This document shows, piece by piece, positions 32,794 through 40,878 of a stretch of 64,000 nt of DNA. The notes below the pieces were generated by a model. That model ran no database searches, was not told the DNA's origin, and saw only the letters and a list, made by a program, of their open reading frames with translations. Position 1 is the first letter of the stretch; the number at the start of each line of letters is the position of its first letter. The translations under genes were made by a program, and so were the position numbers. Location of the stretch: contig CAVVUS010000038.1 of assembly GCA_963751345.1 (NCBI GenBank), forward strand, positions 32,001 to 96,000, in the 5' to 3' direction. The stretch comes from an uncultured Chloroflexia bacterium (GTDB lineage: Bacteria; Chloroflexota; Anaerolineae; B4-G1; SLSP01).

Positions 32794-34379
32794 CTAAGCC
32801 AGGACGTAACCCACGAGGCGTGCTGCCGCGGCGTTTGTCGGTAGAACGATGACGCCGGCAGACCGCAGCACCTCTTCCTGTGCCGTGGCATTCTGCGGGT
32901 CCCCATCGGTGCCGCAGACGTGGGCGACAAAGATGATCGACCTACCTGCTTCCGCCAGGAACGACTGGGCCTCCCGAATCGCCTCCACCGCGGCGCCGGC
33001 GGGATCGGGATGCACTCCGTAGCCCAGGACGACGTCAAGATAAATGACGGCAGTTTCGGGATCGCGCGCCTCCTGCACGATGCGCCGGTTGCGGAGCGAG
33101 GGATCAAGCATCGGGTGCAGTCTCCCGACCGTGAACTCGTCCTCGCCAAGATCGATTGCCGTGTGACCCTGACTGAGCGTTCGAGTCCGGCAGCCTTGCG
33201 CTCTCGTCCACCGGCGCGTTGGACAGGATCTGGCCCTTGCCCAGCATCTTGCCCAAGATCAGCTGCGTCTCATAGCAGAAAGTGCCACCACTGAAGAGAC
33301 CCCTGAAATAGCGCTGGCGGCGATGCAGCGAGGAGCGGAGGTCCGGAGCGCGGGCCCGTAAGCCTCCTGTCGCGATCGCGAAGTTCCGTCAACGCCGCCT
33401 CCGGGTCGGAGCCCACCGCCAGTTCGGCAGCAATCACGGCGGCTTTCTCCAGCGTTGAGGCGGCGATGGCCCCGGCTTGCCTGATCGGCTTCTTCTTACC
33501 GCCCAGGAAGCAGACGACCGTGGGTTTCTCACTCTCTTTCAACTGCCCGAGCACCAACTCGGCGACCTCTGGTGCGGGAGGTTTGGACACGAGGACGAGC
33601 ACCCGGGTATCGTCGTCGGCCTGCAGTGCCTTGAGCCCCTCCAGCATCATCGTGCCACCGACGGCAGCCGAGAGGTCCCTTCCGCCGGTGCCGATCGCCT
33701 GGGTGATGCCGACACCACGCCGCGCCAATTCACAGGTCACAGCCTGGAGTCCGGTGCCGCTGGCTGCGACGATGCCGATACCTCCGGGAGTTGGGGGTGT
33801 CCTGAGAACCTGATTGGCAAAGCCAAGGGCCACCCCGTTGATAATGGCTGTGCCCGCATCGGGGCCCATCACGAGCAGGCCCCGGTCGCGACCGACCTGT
33901 TTCAGGCTTACCTCATCCTGGAGCGATACGTTGTCGCTGAAGAGGAAGACGTGTAGATTGTGGTCGAGCGCCTCGCGGGCAACACCCGCGGCGTACTGGC
34001 CCGCGACCGATATCAGCGCGATGTTGGCGTGTTCCAGTTGCCTGACGGCCCGATCGATCGTCTTGGGTGGGATTGCCCGGCCTTCTGTGCCCGGCTTCGG
34101 CGCCCGCGACGCCTTGAGGGCGCCAGAGGCATGTTCCAGGGCCGCATCGGCTGAGGCTGCAGACGCGGCCCGCACAGAAATGACGAGGTCGTCGGCCGAT
34201 GCAGCCGCCGCTTCCGGGGTCAGCAGGTCCGCATTGGTAAGGATGCCCTTGTTCGCCGCCGTTCCCATAACGACGGCGGCGTCCGTGATCCCTTCGAGGG
34301 TCAGCAGTACCTGGGCAATCTCGAGAAGCGTCATGGAGTCATAGTATTCGCCGCGTTTCACGTCGGTCTTGGTGATCAA
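32794..34379 (-). CDS. fdrA: FdrA family acyl-CoA synthetase-like protein (YahF/AllF-like), frameshifts near 33170-33360
   Basis: YYDSMTL, VMGTAANK, LISVAGQYA, FSDNV, MGPDAGT, ASGTGLQ, GTGGRDL, LVSKPP, GLFSGGTF, DLGEDEFTVGRLHPMLDP, LDVVLGYG and CGTDGDPQ. Confidence 0.92.
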
Positions 34380-35261
34380 AGTGACCTCCTCACAGCTTCA
34401 TAGCCACGTATGAATCCGTGGAGCATATCGAACCCCGACGTTGCGCCGTGGGCGAGGACGTCTGTGACAGCTCGCTTCAGATTGCCGTCCGGGCCCAGGC
34501 CCAATGTGTCCAACAATCGGTGCCATCGCTCGTCCGCCAGGCCCTCGCTTGCGGCATAGAGAAAAGCGCGACTCAACGACGTGGTGAGAGGATAGGCTGC
34601 CTGTGTGATAGCACGGCAGAGCGGCTGTCGATGCGGGTGATGTCCGGCCCACATGGCGAGCATGATGCCCGCCAACACGTCGTCCCCCGAGGGTGTCAGG
34701 CCGACGCCAAGCCCTGCCATCCGCCCGGCGGCGCTGGAGATCGCAGCAACGTCGGGTGACCCGCCCGTCGTGGGCCTGCCAAGCGCGGCTACGAGCTGCG
34801 TCAGGGAGGAGTCGAGGGCTTGAGCGGCGGCCCGCGCCTGTCGGTGAGGGGCCGACTGGGGCGCCGTGGTTACGAGTGAGCCTAGCTGTTGGAGAGCGAT
34901 CTCAGAGATGCGGAGATCCTCCCATCGCGGCCGTGGGTCCCAGACGGTCGTTCGTGCGGTGATGGTGAGCGACCAGTGACCGATCCTCAGATCCATCGGT
35001 GTCTTCCACGCGGGGACATCCCTACTCCTCTGGCCTGAGCCAGGATGTGATGGCGGGGGCAGGCGCCGCACCACGATGTGGAAGGGGCCGTTGCCAAGCT
35101 CGGGCTCGACGAGCGCCACGATCTCGTGGCCCGGTCGTGATGTGCCCAAGGCGATGAGGTCCACCGCTCTCCTGAAACGGGCCAGGCGTCTGAGAGCGAC
35201 AATCTCGGAACCAAAGCGGTCGAGAACAGGCGCGCTGATGCTGAGAACCTCTGCGTGGCAT
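34376..35261 (-). CDS. DUF2877 family protein (YlbF/YahE; AllH-like); start uncertain
   Basis: GNGP, GLGVGLTPSGDDVLAG, TTSLSRAFL and HGATSGFDMLHG. The ORF-track extension to 35494 runs through a terminator and structured RNA and is probably non-coding. Confidence 0.85.
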
Positions 35262-35293
35262 AAAACGGGCCACCGATTGGTGATCGGTGGCCC
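35262..35293 (-). terminator. Intrinsic terminator/attenuator directly upstream of the DUF2877 gene
   Basis: Minus strand reads GGGCCACCGAT-CACCA-ATCGGTGGCCC-GTTTTA (11-bp perfect stem plus U-tract). Confidence 0.75.
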
Positions 35294-35602
35294 ATAGGCA
35301 TCACTTGGGGGGGTGGGGAGCGTCGCCGCAACCGGTGGCTTGAGAGCGAGTCCAGGCCCCTGGCTCGCCGTATTCAAGCGACGATCGCTGCGGGCCCCTT
35401 CACTGCGAAGCGTCCCGGTGCGGAACTCCGCCGGGCATTTCCGTTCCCCTGGTTGGGCGTGCGTCTCGTGAAAAGGGCCTCTCTGGAGGGGCACGTGACT
35501 CTCGCTCTCGGGATAGGGAAGCTTGACTCATCACAGGCCGAATGCAGCATCCTGGGGCGGGACCGGGCCTCTTTCCTGGCGGCGCACGATCCGCTGCCCT
35601 GC
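35294..35602 (-). ncRNA. Candidate structured leader RNA/ncRNA of unknown family
   Basis: It lies between a consensus promoter and a terminator. Nested helices: GAGAGCGAG/CTCGCTCTC, GCCCCT/AGGGGC, GGCCCTTTTCAC/GTGAAGGGGCC, CCCGG/CCGGG and GCGGA/TCCGC. Confidence 0.5.
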
Positions 35603-35608
35603 AACGGA

Positions 35609-35673
35609 ATTGTAGTGAGGTGCTAAGTTTTTGTCAAGCCACGGCTTGACGTCGCGCGGCCTCGGGTTACAAT
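35609..35673. promoter_or_regulatory. Divergent sigma70 promoters (catabolic operon leader / plsC)
   Basis: Minus: TTGACA (35637-35632), 17 nt, TACAAT (35614-35609). Plus: TTGACG (35646-35651), 16 nt, TACAAT (35668-35673). Confidence 0.75.
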
Positions 35674-35680
35674 CGAAGGC

Positions 35681-36421
35681 ATGGTTGCCGCCGATCCACA
35701 CTACACTTACCCACGGCGCCGGGTCCTCCGATCGCTCATACAGCGTGTCACCCGGTTCGTCTTCGCCGTGATCTCCGACTTCCACATCGTGGGTCGCGAG
35801 AACTTGCCTCCTTCTGGGCCGTTGCTGGTCGTCAGCAACCACTTTAGTTTCCTCGACCCTGTGGCGATGCTGACCGTATCGCCATGGCCGATTGAGTTCG
35901 TGGGTGGTTTCACGACCCCCAACGCCCCAAAGGGCGTCGGGGGGTTCCGCAAGCTCTGGGGCTACTATCCTGTCTATCGAGGTACTGGGTCACAGGTTGC
36001 CTTCCGCGCGGCTCAAGCCATCTTCAACCAACACGGCGTCCTGGGCATCTTCCCGGAGGGGTCGAGCGCTCACGCCCTGCTCCGCCCGCCCAGACCTGGT
36101 GCGGCCTTCATGGCGGCCCGATCTGAGGTACCCATCCTGCCGATGGCTATGGATGGCCTGATCGATGTCTTTCCCAGGCTAAGACGTGGCCGACGCCAGC
36201 ACGTGGTCGTGCGCGTGGGCGAGCCCATCGGTCCCTTCTCGGCCCCTGGGCGCGGCCGCCAGCGCCGCGCGCGGCTGGAGGAAATCGGCCACGAGATCAT
36301 GAAGAGTATTGCTGATCTCCTGCCCGCCGAGCGTCGTGGCTACTATTCCGATGATCCCGACGTCCGGGCTGCGGCTGCGGGCCTGGACTATTTTCCGTGG
36401 GATGAAGAACCTGAAGGCTGA
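35681..36421 (+). CDS. plsC: 1-acyl-sn-glycerol-3-phosphate acyltransferase family protein
   Basis: NHFSFLD (HxxxxD), IFPEGS, GAAFMA and PILPMA. Confidence 0.85.
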   Translation: MVAADPHYTYPRRRVLRSLIQRVTRFVFAVISDFHIVGRENLPPSGPLLVVSNHFSFLDPVAMLTVSPWPIEFVGGFTTPNAPKGVGGFRKLWGYYPVYRGTGSQVAFRAAQAIFNQHGVLGIFPEGSSAHALLRPPRPGAAFMAARSEVPILPMAMDGLIDVFPRLRRGRRQHVVVRVGEPIGPFSAPGRGRQRRARLEEIGHEIMKSIADLLPAERRGYYSDDPDVRAAAAGLDYFPWDEEPEG

Positions 36422-36446
36422 TGAGGTCATAGAGGAGGCCAACGCC

Positions 36447-37797
36447 ATGTCAACACTCACTCAAGGGGCCAAGCTGCTTCGCAGGAAGCGGTGGGCGTGG
36501 TACATGTACGATTTCGGCAACTCGGCCTATGCTGCCGTCGTGTTGCTGGCGGTCTTCTCCGCCTATTTCAAGGGTCAGGTCGTCGGAGGCGCCGAGGGCT
36601 CGCGCCTCTGGGGGATCTCGGTGGGTGTGGCGATGCTCGTGGTGGCCATTATCTCACCGATTTTGGGTGCGATCGCCGACTTCTCCGGCGCGAAGAAGCG
36701 GTTCCTCTTCGTTTTCACGGCAATTGCCTGCACTATTCACGGGCATGCTCTTTTTCGTTGGACCGGGAAACGTTGTCATGGGCATGCTTTTCTTCATCCT
36801 GGCCGAGATCGGCTATCGAGGAGCCCAAGTCTTCTACAACTCGCTGCTGCCCGAGATCGCTGACTCGGATGACATCGGCCGGGTCTCCGGGATCGGCTGG
36901 GCCATCGGGTCCGCCGGGGGCGTTCTCTGTCTTTTCATTATCCTTCCGCTGATCATGATTTTTCAGGGTTCGCTGATGGTGAGGCTCTCGTTTGTCATAA
37001 CCGCTGTCTTCTTCGCGCTTTCGGCGATCCCGATCTTTGTGAGTCTGAAGGAGTCGGGGCAGCCTCAACAGCTTCCGGCAGGTGAGAACTACCTTACCCT
37101 GGGGTTCAAGCGCACACGTGAAACCGTGCGCCGCGCGGGCAGTTTCACAGAGTTCCTCAAGTTTGCCGGCGCCTTCGTCATCTACAACGATGGCGTGATG
37201 ATGGCGATGAACTTCGCTTCCATCATCGGTGCCGTGCTCTTTGGCATGCAGCAGACCGAACTCATCATCTTTGTCATCGTGGTGCAGGTCACGAACGTCG
37301 CCGGTGCCTACGTGCTTGGGCATCTGGTGGACCGGTTCGGAGGCAAGCGCGCGTTGATCGTCTCCATCCTGCTGATGGTGGTGGCGATCGTGCTGATGTT
37401 CTTTGCGACCACCTCGCTCTTTTTCTTCTTCGTGGGTGCGTTGGCAGGGTTCGCGATGGCCGGGATGCAATCGGTCAGCCGCACAATGGTCGGCGTGCTC
37501 AGCCCGGTGGGCCAGAGCGCCGAGTTCTATGGCTTTTTCGCCGTGGCAGGTCGAACATCGTCCTTTATCGGGCCGGCCGTCTATGGCGGCGTGGCCTATC
37601 GCGTGGCGAAGTGGTATGAGGCGATGCCAGGCTGGACTGCAGTAACTGCAGAGCAGGCGGGACAGCGTGCTGCCATTCTGTCCATCGGGGTCTTTTTGCT
37701 GGTAGGGTTGGCCGTTCTGACCTCGGTCAATGAGCGTCGCGCGCGGACGGCCTATCGGACGGGTATGGAGGCTGAGAACCTGGCCCAGGCGGGCTGA
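36447..37797 (+). CDS. MFS transporter, UMF1/Atg22-like family, frameshifted near 36735
   Basis: WYMYDFGNSAY, SPILGAIAD, VFYNSLLP, YNDGV, QSVSRT and AEFYGFF. Confidence 0.88.
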
Positions 37798-37824
37798 ACT
37801 CTCTGCCGTCTCCCTGAAACGTGT

Positions 37825-37862
37825 GAAGGACCGGGGCACCCTCGAGGGTGCCCCGGTCCTTC
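37825..37862. terminator. 38-bp perfect palindrome downstream of the MFS gene
   Basis: GAAGGACCGGGGCACCCTC|GAGGGTGCCCCGGTCCTTC. Confidence 0.7.
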
Positions 37863-37911
37863 GTATTCCAGGAGGCCTGAGGTGCTGCCAGAACACTCCT
37901 GGTTTCATATT

Positions 37912-37953
37912 ATTAATCTAGTACTTGACAATTACAAGTATCTAGGTTAATAT
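37912..37953 (+). promoter_or_regulatory. Sigma70 promoter overlapped by an operator-like inverted repeat
   Basis: TTGACA (37925-37930), 17 nt, TAATAT (37948-37953). TACTTG-N7-CAAGTA (37922-37940) with outer ATTAA.CTAG/CTAG.TTAAT arms, in an AT-rich island. Confidence 0.7.
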
Positions 37954-37991
37954 TGTTACATAATCTTTCAGAAGCTCAACGGAGGTCATCC

Positions 37992-38922
37992 ATGGGCGCA
38001 GAGAGCCTTGAAGCTGTTTTGGTCGACGAACAGACTGTGAACTACGAAGGGGCTGAGTCGGTGCACGCTTCGCTGCGGATGGGCAGCGGCCAAGTCCACG
38101 TGGAGGGTGGGGCGGAGCAGCTGATGCACGCTCACTTCGAATACTCGCACCCGGACTGGAAGCCCGAGGTCGAGTACCACGTCACAGAGGGGGTTGGGCA
38201 CCTGGAGGTGCGCCAACCTAACCTGCTGAGGACGCTCAGCGTGAATCCCCAGTACACCTGGGAGCTTGCCTTCGGCGATGGGGCTCCCACGGATCTTGGC
38301 GTGAAACTTGGTTCGGGCAACGCCGACCTCGACCTGGACGGGACGAGTATTGCAGAACCTCAACGCGGCTGTAGGAAGTGGCCGCATCGACGTCAGTGCG
38401 ACGGAGGGTGGCCCGCATCTGAAATCGATCTCGCTCAAGGCGGGCAGTGGCCGGGCGACCGTGAGCCTTGACGGCAGCTATGACAACCTGGAACGCGTTG
38501 ATCTCTCGAATGCAAGTGGCGTGAACGAAGTGCGCCTGCATGGTGTCTATCCCCAGATGCGCCATTTGAAAGTGCGCAGTGCCAGCGGACGCACTGTACT
38601 CGAGCTCGGAGGCAATCTTGCCGTCCTGGAGTCCGCTTCAGTGAGCGCAGCCAGCGGGAACGTGCTCGTGGAACTTGCGGATGTCGTTGGGCACGATGTC
38701 AACCTGACCATCAACTGCGTCTCCGGCACCGCCACAGTTCGATACGCCGCAGGCATGGGGGTCTCCGCTCGATTTTCCTCAGTCTCCGGTCGGGTCGAGG
38801 CAGCGGGCTTCCGCAAGGTCGAGGGTAAGTATGTCAACGAGGCCTATGAGACGGCTGAAGCGCACGTGCATCTCGTCATGTCGACGGTGAGCGGCAAGCT
38901 GATCCTGCAACCTGCTGAGTAG
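37992..38922 (+). CDS. Toast-rack/DUF2154-like beta-solenoid protein, frameshifted near 38350
   Basis: LRMGSGQVHVEGG...WKPEVEY followed by repeated (A/V)GSG and (A/V)SG strands. RBS GGAGG. Confidence 0.65.
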
Positions 38923-38935
38923 TCAGCGCGTAGAT

Positions 38936-38977
38936 GGATGTATACCGCTGCCGCACTGCGGCAGGCGGTATACATCC
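38936..38977. terminator. Long hairpin after the toast-rack gene
   Basis: GGATGTATACCGC-TGCCGCA-C-TGCGGCA-G-GCGGTATACATCC. Confidence 0.6.
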
Positions 38978-39019
38978 TATTGTGTTGGCCACTCTGGGTG
39001 GGCAAGGAGGCTGGGATCT

Positions 39020-39220
39020 ATGGAGCGTCGACAGGGCTGTCTGGTGGGCTTGCTCAAGCTCGCCGTCCTGGATGCTGTATTTGACTGGCTCCAGGAGCGA
39101 TTCGGCTTTGGCCGGGGGTGCTCCTGTGGCGGTATGGGGTGCGGCGTGATTCTGTTGCTGCTCTTCATTGTGTTGGCTTGCTCGGTAGTTACAGGGACCG
39201 ATTGGTTTCGATTCTGGTAG
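39020..39220 (+). CDS. Small Cys/Gly-rich membrane protein (66 aa)
   Basis: Strong RBS AAGGAGG. MERRQGCLVGLL...GCSCGGMGCG followed by a TM helix. Confidence 0.7.
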   Translation: MERRQGCLVGLLKLAVLDAVFDWLQERFGFGRGCSCGGMGCGVILLLLFIVLACSVVTGTDWFRFW

Positions 39221-39253
39221 GCTTCACCTACTCCGGTAGGCTTCACCTACTCT
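39216..39253 (+). repeat. 19-bp tandem duplication with internal mini-hairpins
   Basis: GGTAGGCTTCACCTACTCC / GGTAGGCTTCACCTACTCT. Each unit folds as GTAGG-CTTCA-CCTAC. Confidence 0.85.
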
Positions 39254-39348
39254 GGTACGCCCGAACTCGTTTCGATTTTCATGGCTTGTGTCTGGGCGTA
39301 GGTCTGCTATCATTCCCTGGTTGAGCGTGACCACATCCTCCTCCAGGG

Positions 39349-40872
39349 GTGATAATGAACCACAGACTACGTACTTACTGGTTTCGTGCCGGCATGGTCG
39401 GGGTGGCGTTGGCGCTTTTCGCTGCGGGCTGTCGCCGTGAGGTGATTGTCCCGGGCAGTGAGCTAGGCGGGACGCCGGGCACCCCGTTTACCGTCGGTGG
39501 GGCCCGCGGCGCACAGCAACTGGAGAGTACCGGCCCGCTGATTCCTCCAACCGCGACCCCAACGAGGATGCCACCGAAGACCACGGCGACGGAGTATACC
39601 GTCCAGTCCGGCGACACGATGTACGGCATCGCCTCGGCCTATGGGACGACGATCGATTCCCTCGTGCAGCTCAACGGGCTGGCCGACGCGGACCACTTGG
39701 CGATTGGTCAGGTCCTGAAGATCTCTATGGACGCCGAGCACGTCGGCCCCAGCGATCCCTTGATCCCCGACAGCGAGCTGGTCTACGGTCCGAGCTTTGC
39801 CGGTTTCGACATTGCGGCGGAGGTCGCGCGCCATCCGGGCTATCTTGCCGGCTACTCTGAGCTGGTCGGAGCGCGAGAGCTGACCGGCGCCGAGATTGTG
39901 GCTCTGGTAGCTGAGCAGTACAGCGTGGGCCCCCGTCTGCTTCTGGCAATGCTCGAACTGCGCGGAGGCTGGCTCTCCAATCCCACGCCTTCCCCGGACC
40001 AACAGCTCTTCCCTCTCGGATATCAGCGCGGCGAGTACTGGGAAGGGCTCTACTATCAATTGTGCCAGGCGGCCAATGCACTGAACATCGGTGCCTATGG
40101 CTGGTGGCTTGACACGCTGTGGCTGGTGCAGACCGGGGATGGGGCCTTCATCCAGTATGCGCCAGGGCTAAATGCAGGCACAGCGGGTGTCCAGAAGATG
40201 CTGGCCGATACGGCGGATTCGTATGAAACGTGGCTCGCCGACATCAGGAGGTTTCGCGAGATCTACACAAGCCTCTTTGGCGACCCCTTTCAGTATGCGG
40301 TCGAGCCTCTGATCCCGATGAACACCCAGGCACCGACGATGGAACTCCCCTGGGCCGAGGATGAGACCTGGTACTATACCGGAGGGCCGCACCCGGGGTG
40401 GGGGAGCGATGGAGCAGGATCCGCGATCGACTTTGTCACCGACGAGGAGAACATCGGGTGCGCCGTCAGCCAGCGGTGGGAGACAGCTGTCGCCGCCGGA
40501 ACGATCGTGGAAAGCCAGGACGGGATGGTGCTGGAGGACCTGGATGACGATGGATTCGTCGGCACGGGATGGGTCGTGCTCTATATGCACGTAGCAGCGG
40601 AGGGACGCGTCGAGATCGGAACGCACGTCGACGTTGGCGACCCCATAGGGCACCCGTCATGCGAGGGAGGAGTGTCCGACGCATCTCATCTTCACCTCGC
40701 CCGCCGCATGAATGGCGTCTGGATCGCTGCGGATGATCCGGCCTACCCGATGTCGCTCTCCGGATGGACTCCTGTGCGCGGCGTGGAGGCCTACGAGGGC
40801 ACCCTTGTCCGCGGCGATGAGGTACGGACGGTCTGCGAGTGCTGGGAGGCCATCAACGCGGTCAAGCGCTGA
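39349..40872 (+). CDS. LysM plus M23-family peptidoglycan endopeptidase, probable lipoprotein
   Basis: Lipobox FAAGC, LysM YTVQSGDTMYGIA...NGL, and M23 motifs H...AIDF, LYMH and HLH. Confidence 0.85.
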   Translation: MIMNHRLRTYWFRAGMVGVALALFAAGCRREVIVPGSELGGTPGTPFTVGGARGAQQLESTGPLIPPTATPTRMPPKTTATEYTVQSGDTMYGIASAYGTTIDSLVQLNGLADADHLAIGQVLKISMDAEHVGPSDPLIPDSELVYGPSFAGFDIAAEVARHPGYLAGYSELVGARELTGAEIVALVAEQYSVGPRLLLAMLELRGGWLSNPTPSPDQQLFPLGYQRGEYWEGLYYQLCQAANALNIGAYGWWLDTLWLVQTGDGAFIQYAPGLNAGTAGVQKMLADTADSYETWLADIRRFREIYTSLFGDPFQYAVEPLIPMNTQAPTMELPWAEDETWYYTGGPHPGWGSDGAGSAIDFVTDEENIGCAVSQRWETAVAAGTIVESQDGMVLEDLDDDGFVGTGWVVLYMHVAAEGRVEIGTHVDVGDPIGHPSCEGGVSDASHLHLARRMNGVWIAADDPAYPMSLSGWTPVRGVEAYEGTLVRGDEVRTVCECWEAINAVKR

Positions 40873-40878
40873 ACCCTT

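Noticed and set aside
22826-35261. Calling the operon the standard allantoin (all) or purine-degradation cluster
   Set aside because: It lacks allB/allC/allD, carbamate kinase and ygeW/ygeX/hyuA/ssnA-type genes, and includes cyclase, GNAT-like, thiolase and DUF35 genes that those clusters lack.
35475-35492. PyrR-binding-loop-like sequence TCCAGAGAGGC in the leader RNA
   Set aside because: Only the core matches. The flanking AG/AA...YU stem and upstream CUUUAA-type element are absent, so it is not called, although it would fit a pyrimidine link.
35262-35494. N-terminal 78 codons of the DUF2877 ORF
   Set aside because: This low-complexity Pro/Ala/Arg translation runs through a terminator hairpin and structured RNA. 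Family-like sequence begins only at about 35255.
35515-35580. Cobalamin riboswitch, SRP RNA or hammerhead fragments (CGGTCCCGCC, AGGGAA, GTGATGAG)
   Set aside because: The motifs are incomplete or on opposite strands, and the required ACTG, GGAAGGAAGCAGC or CTGANGA...GAAA elements are missing.
39216-39253. Palindromic 19-bp repeats as a CRISPR array
   Set aside because: There are only two adjacent copies, no spacers and no cas genes in the window.
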